From positions 2,898-66,897 of the forward strand of contig DASYQW010000161.1 of assembly GCA_036005065.1 (NCBI GenBank): 64,000 nucleotides of DNA, read 5' to 3'. This document shows, in pieces, positions 27,689 to 36,952 of this stretch (the first letter of the stretch is position 1; every line of letters starts with the position of its first letter). The notes below the pieces were generated by a model. That model did no database searches and was not told the origin of the DNA. It saw nothing but the letters and a program-made list of their open reading frames with translations. The DNA is from Candidatus Methylomirabilota bacterium (GTDB lineage Bacteria > Methylomirabilota > Methylomirabilia > Rokubacteriales > DASRDR01). Both the position numbers and the translations under genes were made by a program.

Positions 27689-28687
27689 ATGCTCCGCTAT
27701 CTCGTTCAGCGAGTGCTCCTGATGATTCCGACGCTCCTGGCCATCTCCATCCTCACCTTCGTGATCATCCAGCTTCCCCCGGGGAACTACCTGGACACGC
27801 TCATCAGCGAGCTGCGGTCGGCCGGCGAGACGGCGGACCTTCAGAAGATGGAGTTCCTCCGGAAGCAGTACGGCCTCGATCAGCCGGTCTGGATGCAGTA
27901 CTGGATCTGGCTCCGGGGCCTCTTCCACGGCGACCTGGGCTATTCGTTCGAGTACGACCGGCCGGTCACGGCGATCATCGGGGAGCGCCTGGCCCTCACC
28001 TTCGTCGTCTCGTTCGGGGCCATCTTATTCACCTGGCTGGTCGCGTTCCCCATCGGCGTCTACTCGGCGACGCACCAGTACAGCTGGGGGGACCACGGCC
28101 TGACCTTCCTGGGCTTCCTGGGGCTGGCCACCCCCAACTTCCTACTAGCCCTCGTGCTGATGTTCGTCTCGTTCACCTGGTTCGGGGTGAGCGTGGGAGG
28201 TCTCTTCTCGCCCGACCTCCAGGAAGCCCCCTGGGGCTGGGCCAAGATCGTCGACCTGCTCGAGCACCTGTGGATCCCCGTGGTGGTGATCGGCACCGCC
28301 GGCACCGCCGGGATGATCCGTCGCCTCCGGGCCAACCTCCTCGACGAGCTCAAGAAGCAGTACGTCGTGACCGCGCGGGCCAAGGGGCTTCCGCCCGGGC
28401 GGCTGCTCGTCAAGTACCCGCTGCGCATCGCCCTGAATCCCTTCATCAGCGACATCGGCAACCTGCTGCCGGAGGTGGTCTCGGGGTCGGTCATCGTCTC
28501 GATCGTGCTGTCGCTGCCCACGACCGGCCCCATGCTGCTGCGCGCGCTCCGAACCCAGGACATGTACCTGGCCGGCTCCTTCCTCATGCTGCTGGCCTCC
28601 CTCACCGTGCTGGGGGTCTTCCTGTCGGACCTGGCGCTGGCCGCGCTGGATCCGCGGATTCGCCAGGGCGCCGAGCGCAGCCGATGA
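27689..28687 (+). CDS. Peptide ABC transporter permease (OppB/DppB-like)
   Basis: Six-TM BPD_transp_1 permease; MLRYLVQRVLLMIPTLLAISILTFVIIQL is a typical OppB N-terminus. Confidence 0.85.
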   Translation: MLRYLVQRVLLMIPTLLAISILTFVIIQLPPGNYLDTLISELRSAGETADLQKMEFLRKQYGLDQPVWMQYWIWLRGLFHGDLGYSFEYDRPVTAIIGERLALTFVVSFGAILFTWLVAFPIGVYSATHQYSWGDHGLTFLGFLGLATPNFLLALVLMFVSFTWFGVSVGGLFSPDLQEAPWGWAKIVDLLEHLWIPVVVIGTAGTAGMIRRLRANLLDELKKQYVVTARAKGLPPGRLLVKYPLRIALNPFISDIGNLLPEVVSGSVIVSIVLSLPTTGPMLLRALRTQDMYLAGSFLMLLASLTVLGVFLSDLALAALDPRIRQGAERSR

Positions 28688-29823
28688 GCGTGCCGGTGGT
28701 GATCGCGGCGCCCGCCCCGGACGTGCGGACGCTGACCCCCGAGCAAGAGCGCTACTACCTCGCTTCCCAGTGGCAGCTCATCTGGTGGCGCCTCCAGAAG
28801 CATCGGCTGGCCATGGCGGCGCTCTGGTTCCTGGTGGCGTTCTACGCCATCATCCCGTTCGTCGAGTTCCTGGCGCCCTACGCGCTGCGGACGCGGCATG
28901 CGGACTACGTGTACTTCCCGCCCCAGCGGGTGCACGTCTTCCACGACGGGCGGCTGGTCGGGCCGTTCGTGTATGGCCACGTCATGACCATCAACATGGA
29001 GACCCTCAAACGGGAGTACCGTGAGGACTTCACCCGGCGCTACCGGGTCCGGCTCCTCGCCGAGGGCGAGCCCTACGCCTTCCTGGGTCTGTGGCAGGCC
29101 CGCGTGCATCTCTTCGGGTCGGAGGAGGGCGGGACGCTGTTCCTGCTCGGGACCGATCGGCTCGGGCGCGACATGCTCTCGCGAATCCTCCACGGCGCCC
29201 GGATCTCGCTCACGGTGGGACTGGTGGGGATCTCGGTGAGCTTCGTCCTGGCGCTGATCTTCGGCGGACTGTCGGGATACTACGGCGGCAAGGTGGACAT
29301 CGTCATCCAGCGCCTGATCGAGGTGATCCGATCGTTCCCCGAGCTTCCGCTCTGGATGGCGCTCTCCGCCGCGCTGCCGGCCCGCCTGGAGCCGATCCTC
29401 GTCTACGTGGGCATCACGATCATCCTGGGCATCATCGACTGGACCGGGCTCGCCCGGAGCATCCGCGGCAAGCTTCTCTCCCTGCGGGAGGAGGACTTCG
29501 CCACCGCGGCGCTTCTGATGGGGGGCTCGCCGGCCTACGTGATCCGCCGGCATCTGCTGCCGGCCTTCACCAGCCATCTCATCGTCTCCGCCACGCTGAG
29601 CATCCCTCGGATGATCCTGGGGGAGACCGCCCTGAGCTTCCTGGGCCTCGGCCTGCGGTCGCCGATCACGAGCTGGGGCGTGCTTCTCACCGAGGCTCAG
29701 AACATGAACGCCGTCGCCCTCTATCCCTGGCTGATGGCGCCGGTCGTGGCCGTCGTCCTGACGGTGCTCGCCTTCAACTTCCTGGGCGACGGCCTCCGCG
29801 ACGCCGCCGATCCGTACGCGTGA
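28684..29823 (+). CDS. Peptide ABC transporter permease (OppC/DppC-like)
   Basis: ATG 28684 overlaps the OppB stop. OppC-like TM core (…GTDRLGRDMLSRILHGARISL…). Confidence 0.85.
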   Translation: MSVPVVIAAPAPDVRTLTPEQERYYLASQWQLIWWRLQKHRLAMAALWFLVAFYAIIPFVEFLAPYALRTRHADYVYFPPQRVHVFHDGRLVGPFVYGHVMTINMETLKREYREDFTRRYRVRLLAEGEPYAFLGLWQARVHLFGSEEGGTLFLLGTDRLGRDMLSRILHGARISLTVGLVGISVSFVLALIFGGLSGYYGGKVDIVIQRLIEVIRSFPELPLWMALSAALPARLEPILVYVGITIILGIIDWTGLARSIRGKLLSLREEDFATAALLMGGSPAYVIRRHLLPAFTSHLIVSATLSIPRMILGETALSFLGLGLRSPITSWGVLLTEAQNMNAVALYPWLMAPVVAVVLTVLAFNFLGDGLRDAADPYA

Positions 29824-29901
29824 TGGGAATCTGGCGGCGCTGCCGACGATATCCCGAGTCGACGAAGAGGGGACCCTCCCCTCCGGCTGGAGCGTAACCG
29901 G

Positions 29902-32460
29902 ATGGAAACCAATCTCTATCGCTACATCATCCGACGGAGCCTCAGGCACCAGCTCATCCTGATCGCCATCATCTTCGTGCTGGCGTTCCTGAACCCCTGG
30001 ATGTTGTCCCTGACGAAACAGATCATCAACAAGGCCATCGGGAAGGGCGACCTGGGCGCGCTGGTGTGGCTGTGCACGCTGTTCCTGGGGGCCGTGCTGG
30101 CCTCGGGGGCGCTCAAGTACGTCAAGCAGAACATGGAGGGGCTGATCTCGGAGCGGATGCTGCGGAACCTGCGGAGCGAGCTGTACGAGCGGATCCTGCG
30201 CTTCCCGCTGCCGCATTTCCGGAACACCTCGACGGGACAGCTGGTGGCCATGATCCTGGGCGAGGTGGAGGACCTCGGCAACTTCTTCGGTGAAGCCCTC
30301 TCGATCCCCGCGTTTCAGGGCTCCATGCTGATCGGCACGCTGGCGTTCATGGTGTATCAGAACCCCTGGATGGCCCTGGCCGGCATGGCGCTGTTCCCCG
30401 TCCAGGTCTGGCTGGTTCGGAAGCTCCAGCGCCGCGTCACCCAGCTCTCGCGCGAGCGGGTCCGGCTGGTGCGGGGGCTCTCCGACAAGATCCAGGAGTC
30501 GGTCGGGAGCATCCAGGAGATCTACGTCCACAACACGCTGGCCTACGAAGCCACCGGTTTCCGGGGCCAGCTCCGGCGGATCTTCAAGGTGCGGCTCCGG
30601 ATCTACAACCTCAAGTACCTGGTCAAGTGGATCAACAACTTCCTGGAGAAGTTCGGGCAGTTTGTCCTCCTCCTCCTCGGGGGGTGGCTGATCATCACGC
30701 GACCGGACCTCTTCGACGTCGGCAGCCTGGTGGCCTTCCTGCAGGCCTACAACCAGCTGAACGAGCCGTGGCGGGAGCTCATCAACTACTTCCAGCAGAA
30801 GGAGAACGCGCGCGTCAAGTACGAGCAGGTCATCCTCAACTTCGACGTGCCGGGCATCCGGCCGGAGTTCCCGCTGGAGGAGCGCCTCCCGGAGCCGGTG
30901 CCGAAGCTGGCCGGCGCCTACGACGTCCGCGGCGCCACCGTGCTGCTGGACGGCTCAGTCAAGGCCCTCGACCAGATCAAGCTGGCCACGCCGCCCCACG
31001 AGCACGTGGCCATCGTGGGGACGGCCGGCAGCGGGAAGTCGACCCTGGCCCTGGTGCTGGCCAAGCTCTACGGCTACACGGGCACCGTCTTGCTCGACAA
31101 CGTTGAGCTGGCCCAGATCCCCTCGGCGGTGGCCGGTCGCCAGATGGCCTACGTGGGCAGCGAGGCCCGGCTGTTCACCGGCACCGTGCTCGACAACGTG
31201 GTGTATGGCCTCCGTCACCGGCCGGGTACCGGCGACGCCCGGCCGGACTCGGACGACTGGCTCGATCTCTCTCCGCTGGGGGTGTCGGATCGGGCGGGGC
31301 TGGTGGCCGCCGTCCTCGAGTCGGCCCGGGTGGGGAGGTTGGACGACGACCTCTTCGCGCTCGGTCTCCGGTCGACCATCGATCCGGCGAAGCAGCCGGA
31401 GATCGCCGCCCGGCTCCTCACCGCCCGCCGGCTGGTGGCGGAGCGCTTCGCCCGCGAGGGGGGCGAGCCGGCCATCGAGTTCTTCGACCGGGAGCGCTTC
31501 GCGACCTACGCGTCCATCGGCGAGAACATCCTGTTCGGGCACAGCGCGGTCCCGGCCCTCGCGCTGGAGCGACTGCCCGCCAGCGAATACTTCCTGCGGG
31601 TCATTACCGAGGTCGAGCTGCGAGCGCCACTGCTGACGCTGGGCGCCGAGATCGCCAGGGAGACGGTCGAGATCTTCAAGGACATCGCGCCCGACAACGA
31701 GCTGTTCGCCAACTTCAGCTTGATCACCGCCAGCGAGCTCCCGGAGTACACCCGGCTGGTCTCGCGCCTGGACGGAGGCCCGCCGGACGGGTTGCCCGCC
31801 GAAGATCAGGAACGACTGATCGCGCTTTCCCTTCGGCTCATCCCGGCTCGCCACCGACTGGGCCGCGTCGACGAGGCGTTCATGGCCAAGATCGTCCTGG
31901 CCCGGCGGCGCTTCGCCGAGACCTTGCCGCCCATGCTGGCCGAGACCTTCGCGCCCTACGACCGCGAGCGGTATTTCGCGGACGGCACCCTGCTGGAGAA
32001 CATGCTGTTCGGAAAGGTCGTGGCCACCAGCAGCCTGGCCGTCAAGCGCGTCAACGCCATCGTCGAGGAGGTGATCACCGCTCATGGCCTGCGCGACGTC
32101 GTGATGGAAGCGGGACTGGGCTATCACGTCGGGCTCTTCGGCAGCCGGCTGTCCCCCGCCCAGCGCCAGAAGGTGGCGCTGACGCGGGCCCTGCTCAAGC
32201 GGCCGCACATCCTCATCATGGACCAGGCGGTGAGCGTCCTGGAGGGGGACAAGCGCGGCGAGGTCCACCAGCGGGTCACGGCCGCCATGAAGGGGCGAAC
32301 GATCATCGCCGTCGTCGACCGGCTGGACCTGGCCCGGTACTACGATCGGGTGGCGGTGCTCGACGCGGGCAAGGTCGCGGAGTTCGGGACCTACCAGGAA
32401 CTCGTGACGCAGGGAAGCCTGTTCCGTCAACTCGCGGTCCAGGCCGGGGTCACGGCCTGA
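29902..32460 (+). CDS. Atypical ABC exporter-like half-transporter (TMD plus degenerate NBD with ~290-aa insertion), 852 aa
   Basis: The N-terminal ~330 aa is a 6-TM ABC exporter domain. Walker A (VGTAGSGKST) is intact. The Q-loop Gln is replaced (YVGSEA). There is a ~290-aa insertion between the Q-loop and signature motifs containing repeated (L)F.G(T)(V/L)L(D/E)N…FG segments. The signature LSGGQ is replaced by LSPAQ, Walker B hhhhDE by ILIMDQ, and the H-loop His by Asp (VDRL). Confidence 0.75.
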   Translation: METNLYRYIIRRSLRHQLILIAIIFVLAFLNPWMLSLTKQIINKAIGKGDLGALVWLCTLFLGAVLASGALKYVKQNMEGLISERMLRNLRSELYERILRFPLPHFRNTSTGQLVAMILGEVEDLGNFFGEALSIPAFQGSMLIGTLAFMVYQNPWMALAGMALFPVQVWLVRKLQRRVTQLSRERVRLVRGLSDKIQESVGSIQEIYVHNTLAYEATGFRGQLRRIFKVRLRIYNLKYLVKWINNFLEKFGQFVLLLLGGWLIITRPDLFDVGSLVAFLQAYNQLNEPWRELINYFQQKENARVKYEQVILNFDVPGIRPEFPLEERLPEPVPKLAGAYDVRGATVLLDGSVKALDQIKLATPPHEHVAIVGTAGSGKSTLALVLAKLYGYTGTVLLDNVELAQIPSAVAGRQMAYVGSEARLFTGTVLDNVVYGLRHRPGTGDARPDSDDWLDLSPLGVSDRAGLVAAVLESARVGRLDDDLFALGLRSTIDPAKQPEIAARLLTARRLVAERFAREGGEPAIEFFDRERFATYASIGENILFGHSAVPALALERLPASEYFLRVITEVELRAPLLTLGAEIARETVEIFKDIAPDNELFANFSLITASELPEYTRLVSRLDGGPPDGLPAEDQERLIALSLRLIPARHRLGRVDEAFMAKIVLARRRFAETLPPMLAETFAPYDRERYFADGTLLENMLFGKVVATSSLAVKRVNAIVEEVITAHGLRDVVMEAGLGYHVGLFGSRLSPAQRQKVALTRALLKRPHILIMDQAVSVLEGDKRGEVHQRVTAAMKGRTIIAVVDRLDLARYYDRVAVLDAGKVAEFGTYQELVTQGSLFRQLAVQAGVTA

Positions 32461-32472
32461 GGGACGACAGCG

Positions 32473-32925
32473 ATGCAGCCGCTAGAACGAGACGTCGAGA
32501 CCCTGCGCAACATCCCCCTGTTCGCCGGCCTGCCGACGGCGCGGCTCAAGCTCATCGCCTACACGGCCGAAGTCGTACGCTTCGAGCCCGGCGAGGTGAT
32601 CGTGCAGCAAGGCGACGCGGCCGATGCCGTGTACATCATCGCCGAGGGCGAGGCCGAGGTGTGGCTCACCGACGCCGACAGCCACCGCCTGCTCCTGCGG
32701 ACCATGGGGCCCCACAGCCTGTTCGGGGAGACGGCCGTGCTGTGCAAGCGGCGACGGACGGCCACCGTGAAGGCCAAGGATCGCGTGGTGACATTCAAGA
32801 TCTCGGCCCAGCTGTTCCTCGACCTCGTGCGCCAGAGCCCGGAGATCGGGATGCAGGTGATGACGGTGCTGGCCGAGCGCCTGGAGAGCAGCACCGCCCT
32901 CTTGCAGCAGCACGACCGCCACTGA
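32473..32925 (+). CDS. Standalone cyclic-nucleotide-binding (cNMP/CAP effector) domain protein, 150 aa, no DNA-binding domain
   Basis: LRNIPLFAGLP…FEPGEVIVQQGD…FGETAVL…RRTATVKA. Its start lies 13 nt after the ABC gene stop. Confidence 0.8.
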   Translation: MQPLERDVETLRNIPLFAGLPTARLKLIAYTAEVVRFEPGEVIVQQGDAADAVYIIAEGEAEVWLTDADSHRLLLRTMGPHSLFGETAVLCKRRRTATVKAKDRVVTFKISAQLFLDLVRQSPEIGMQVMTVLAERLESSTALLQQHDRH

Positions 32926-33010
32926 GTGAGTTTCGGAGGGGGTGTCGGAACACCCCCTCCGAGGCCTCCCCCAAGAATCGTGGCGGCGGCAAAGCCGCCG
33001 CTCGGAGCGG
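32923..33010 (+). repeat. Double-hairpin intergenic repeat, subfamily 2, copy C (begins at the TGA stop of the cNMP-binding gene)
   Basis: TGAGTGAGTTTCGGAGGGGGTGTCGGAACACCCCCTCCGAGGCCTCCCCCAAGAATCGTGGCGGCGGCAAAGCCGCCGCTCGGAGCGGGACATCC. Perfect 12-bp stem CGGAGGGGGTGT/ACACCCCCTCCG plus a GGCGGCGGC-AAA-GCCGCCGC stem. Confidence 0.55.
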
Positions 33011-33150
33011 GACATCCAGGCCGCCGCGTGCTCGAGCGAGCGCGAGGGCCGTGCTGAGTTCAACCGGAGGCTCCGCGGTGGCGACTCCGTCGGCGGCCGC
33101 CTCTCCTGGGCCGGGTGTGGGAGGGAGCCGTGGGGACTCCCTCGCGGGAT

Positions 33151-33606
33151 CTACGGCCGCTCGACGATATCGGTCTTCAGGGTCCCGAGGAGCGCCAGCA
33201 CCTCGCCCTTTTCCTTCTCCGGCACCTTGAACTTCTCGAGGGTCGCCACCAGGTGGTTCACCGCGATGGTCCAGTCCCGCTCCGAGATCCCCGACCCGGC
33301 GTGGGAGGCTTTCATGGTGCGCCCGGTGTAGATGCAGGGCCCGCCCGTCGCCGCGCAGAGCTGGTCGACCACGTGCTGGCGGATCCGGGTCTTGGAGTCC
33401 GTGCTGAACACCTCGAAAAAGCGGCGGAGCTGGGGGTCGCCGACGAGGCGCCCGATGAACTCGTCCACCACGGCGGCGATCGCGTCGTATCCGCCCAGCC
33501 GCTTGTAGAGAGTGTCGGCGGACTGGGCCGACACGCTCGGCGCCAGGGAGGCCACCGTCAACAGAGCGACGAGGGTGAAGCCGATGCAGAGAGCACGGAT
33601 CCGCAT
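33151..33606 (-). CDS. Truncated haemoglobin (group I 2/2 Hb) with an N-terminal Sec signal peptide
   Basis: trHbN hallmark LYKRLGGYDAIAAVVDEFIGRLVGDPQLRRFF and the proximal-His region MKASHAGSGISERDW. Signal peptide MRIRALCIGFTLVALLTVASLAPSVSA. Confidence 0.75.
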   Translation of the reverse strand: MRIRALCIGFTLVALLTVASLAPSVSAQSADTLYKRLGGYDAIAAVVDEFIGRLVGDPQLRRFFEVFSTDSKTRIRQHVVDQLCAATGGPCIYTGRTMKASHAGSGISERDWTIAVNHLVATLEKFKVPEKEKGEVLALLGTLKTDIVERP

Positions 33607-33891
33607 GAGCGATGCTCCTTTCCCAGCGTGACGCTGGCCCGAGTCGCCGGACCACCGGCGATCACCTCTCCTCTACGCCGCGACCCCCCCGCTCGGATTG
33701 AGAGCCGCGCCTCAGCATACGCCGGTGAACCGCTCAGTCAAGGGCTCGCCGTGTCGCCTAATGCGGTTGGACCCGCCGCCGAAGGAGTGGCTTGAGACGG
33801 GAGCCCTCTTCCCCTATGCTGACGATCGCCGGCTCCGCGAGCGCAGTCGCGCCGCGAGCCGTGTCCGAGACACGGCGATGGCCGCCGGAGG

Positions 33892-34950
33892 GTGCCGATG
33901 AGACGGGTTGGATTGTCGGTGGGCGCGTTCATCCTGCTGGCACTGGCTTCCCCGCTGCTGGCGGTCGGGCTGGAGGACCCGCCTGACGTCGAGGTTCCCG
34001 GCGCGGCTCCCTGCATCATTGGCGGGGACGCCTGTCTCGCGAATCTCGCGCTGGGGAACGGCGCCCGCTTGAGCTACTACCGGACATTCCCGCTGCAGCC
34101 GCTGCCGGGGACCACTTACGCCGGCATCAAACGGGCGGTGATCGTGATCCACGGGCTCAGCCGCAACGCGCCCGGCTATTTCAGCTACGTGGTCCAATCG
34201 GCCATCGTGGCGGGCAAGCTCAACGAGACGATCGTCATGGCGCCGTACTTCCGGCCCGCCGCGTCGGACGCCCGGGTGCTCTACTGGAAAGGGGACGGCT
34301 GGCGAGAAGGCGAGCTGTCCAACGACCCGGGCGGGGGCGCGCCGCGCATGACGTCCTTTCACGTCATCGACGTGCTCCTGGCGATGCTCAACCACCAGGC
34401 GCTCTTCCCCGATCTCGACGCCATCGTCATCGCGGGGCACTCGGCCGGAGGCCAGTTCACCCAGCGCTACGCGGCCACCAGCCCGGCCGCCAGCTACTTC
34501 GCGGGAAGTCGGTTCCGCTTCGTGGTCTCGAACCCGTCGTCGTACATGTACCTGGGGCCCGAGCGCTGGATCAGCGACCGCTTCCGCATCCCACCCCTGG
34601 AGGTGCGCCTGCTATGCGGCGGCTGGGACCGCTACAAGTACGGCCTCGGCGGCCGGGACGGCTACGTCGGACAGCTCCATGCCTCGGCGATCCGCCAGCA
34701 GTATCGGGTCCGCGACGTGATCTACCTGATCGGCCAGGCCGACACCGGCAACGCCGAGCTGGATCGGGGCTGCGAAGCCAACCTTCAGGGCCGCCACCGG
34801 TACCGTCGCGGAGTCATCTTCAAGGACTTCATGCAGACGTTCTACCCGGGCAACGGCCACCGGCTGCTCATCGTGCCTGGTGTCGGCCACGACGCCAATC
34901 AGATGTTCAACTCGGCGCCGGGGCGGTCCGCGCTCTTCGGCGTGCCCTGA
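33892..34950 (+). CDS. Secreted alpha/beta hydrolase (GHSAGG nucleophile elbow), function unknown
   Basis: Signal peptide. VIVIHGLSRN (oxyanion region) … AGHSAGGQF (GxSxG). Confidence 0.6.
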   Translation: MPMRRVGLSVGAFILLALASPLLAVGLEDPPDVEVPGAAPCIIGGDACLANLALGNGARLSYYRTFPLQPLPGTTYAGIKRAVIVIHGLSRNAPGYFSYVVQSAIVAGKLNETIVMAPYFRPAASDARVLYWKGDGWREGELSNDPGGGAPRMTSFHVIDVLLAMLNHQALFPDLDAIVIAGHSAGGQFTQRYAATSPAASYFAGSRFRFVVSNPSSYMYLGPERWISDRFRIPPLEVRLLCGGWDRYKYGLGGRDGYVGQLHASAIRQQYRVRDVIYLIGQADTGNAELDRGCEANLQGRHRYRRGVIFKDFMQTFYPGNGHRLLIVPGVGHDANQMFNSAPGRSALFGVP

Positions 34951-34967
34951 GGGAGGGAGGCCGGCCC

Positions 34968-35354
34968 ATGGCGCGCATCGTCCACATCGCGCTTCGCGTC
35001 CGCGATCTCGAGGCGACGACCCGCTTCTACGAGGAGGTGTTCGGCTTTCGGCGCGTCGAGGAAGGACGGGTGCGGGACCACGTCTCCCGGCACCTGAGCG
35101 ACGGCACCATCGACCTGGCGCTCATCCAGTACGACGCCGGTGCGGACTCGGCGGAAGCGCGCGCGTCGGGGGTGGAGCCGTGCATCCACCATTTCGGGGT
35201 CGAGGTCGAGGACGTCGACACGACGCGGAAGCGGCTGCTAGCGGCCGGCTGCCGGATGATCAGTGAGCCCGGCGTCGTCCCCATCAAGTTCCGCGACCCG
35301 GGCGGGGTCGTGGCCGAGATCGTACCCGAGGGGCGCTACCGGACGCCCGAGTGA
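34968..35354 (+). CDS. VOC family protein (glyoxalase I / bleomycin-resistance fold)
   Basis: IVHIALRVRDLEATTRFYEEVFGF … HHFGVEVEDVD. ATG with a GGGAGGGAGG RBS. Confidence 0.7.
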   Translation: MARIVHIALRVRDLEATTRFYEEVFGFRRVEEGRVRDHVSRHLSDGTIDLALIQYDAGADSAEARASGVEPCIHHFGVEVEDVDTTRKRLLAAGCRMISEPGVVPIKFRDPGGVVAEIVPEGRYRTPE

Positions 35355-35393
35355 GTCGAGTTCGGTGGGCGCGCGGCCCTGCCGGATACGAGC

Positions 35394-36665
35394 TCAGGCG
35401 CTCGCGGCCGCGGCCCTCCCGGCGCGCGGCGTCCGGGGCTCGCGTACCCGGGCGAGGAGCAACGCCAGCCCCACCAGGCCGAAGACCGCCGCGGTCGCGA
35501 ACACGGCCGGGAACCCGACGCGGTCCGCCAGCAGGCCGGCGGCGAGAGGCGCCCCGGCCGAGAGCGGACCCAGCGCGGTGTTGGCGAGACCCAGGTAGGT
35601 CGGCCGGGCCCGCTCGTCGGGCGCGAACTCGAGGACGATGGTCCGCGCCGAGACGTGGATGGCCGCCAGATGGATGCCGACGAGCACGAAGACCGGCCCG
35701 AACGCCTCCACCGATGGCGCCGTCAAGGCGCCGAGGTTCCCGACCATCAGCGCGGCGATGCCGAGGGCGATCACCAGGCGGTGCCCGGCCCGGTCGGCCA
35801 GCCAGCCGAGCACGAGGTTGCCCACCGTCTGGCCACCGAGGAAGAGCATCGTGAAGAGGCCGACTCTCCACTCCGGCGCGCCGAAGGCGCGCAGGGCGTA
35901 CACCGTGTAGAAGCCGGTGGCCATCGCTCCCACGACCGCGAAGCCGCGCGCCGCGATGAACCAGGCGAGGTTCCGGTCGCGCCGCAGAAGCGCCGGCATC
36001 CCACGCAGGTAAACCCGGAGGGGCATGGGGACGGAGGGCGCGGCCGCGGTCGGCTCGCGCACCGAGGCCAGCGCGACGTAGGACAGTGCGAGGAAGATGC
36101 TCGCGGCAAGAAAGCAGAGTCCGTAGCTGCGAGGCGCCGGGAACGTCACCAGGATGTACGCGGTCCCGGCGCTGCCAACCAGCCCCCCCACGCTCGCCAG
36201 CAGGTTCGCCGCTCCGAAGAAGCGACCGCGGAGCTCGACCGGAATCGTCCGGCCCATGATGTCCATCCAGGCCGGCATGAGCGCCCCGCCCACCCCGCTC
36301 GCCACCAGGAGCAGGGCGAGGAAGACCCCGAGAGCCAGGCGCGGGGCCGGCTCGGCGAGGACAATCGCGAGCGCCGCCAGCGCGGGAAACGGCAGGCGCT
36401 CCCAGACCGTGTAGCGCAGGACGAACGGCAGTTTCCGCGGCAGCGTCTCGGTGTAGTGCGCGACGAACAGCGAGGGGAGGAACCAGCCCAGCATCAGCAC
36501 GGCGGGGATCGCGCCGATCACCACATTGGGCGCGCCCAGGTGCGTGGCGAAGGCCGGCAGGATCGTCGTCTGGGAGGCGAACGACCAGCCGATGAGGAAG
36601 CAGGCGTAATCGAGCCCGAGGGCGAGGAAATTGTGCCGGGCGTTGGCGCCGGCCACGGCGGCCAT
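35394..36665 (-). CDS. MFS transporter
   Basis: 12-TM profile and MFS-like loop motifs (…GWLADRAGHR…). Confidence 0.8.
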   Translation of the reverse strand: MAAVAGANARHNFLALGLDYACFLIGWSFASQTTILPAFATHLGAPNVVIGAIPAVLMLGWFLPSLFVAHYTETLPRKLPFVLRYTVWERLPFPALAALAIVLAEPAPRLALGVFLALLLVASGVGGALMPAWMDIMGRTIPVELRGRFFGAANLLASVGGLVGSAGTAYILVTFPAPRSYGLCFLAASIFLALSYVALASVREPTAAAPSVPMPLRVYLRGMPALLRRDRNLAWFIAARGFAVVGAMATGFYTVYALRAFGAPEWRVGLFTMLFLGGQTVGNLVLGWLADRAGHRLVIALGIAALMVGNLGALTAPSVEAFGPVFVLVGIHLAAIHVSARTIVLEFAPDERARPTYLGLANTALGPLSAGAPLAAGLLADRVGFPAVFATAAVFGLVGLALLLARVREPRTPRAGRAAAASA

Positions 36666-36952
36666 AGCGGTTCCTCATGCTACCACGAGCGGGCCCTGGC
36701 GCGGCGGGCGCCGCCGAGCCTCGCCGGTGCCCACGGTCTGGGCAGCGCTGCCTCCGAAGGCGGCAGCTGTGAATGACGGATGGCGGGGCGCCGGCGAGGT
36801 AAGTCCTCGCCGTCACGTCGTTCGGGCATCGCGCCTCGAACGGAAGTCCGGCACAGCCCTTGCACCGCTGACCACGGCGCCATCCGCACGTTTCGGACCC
36901 CGTCGAGTATGCCGGCCGTGCCGAGTCCCGAGCGAACGGAGGAAGGAGTCCC

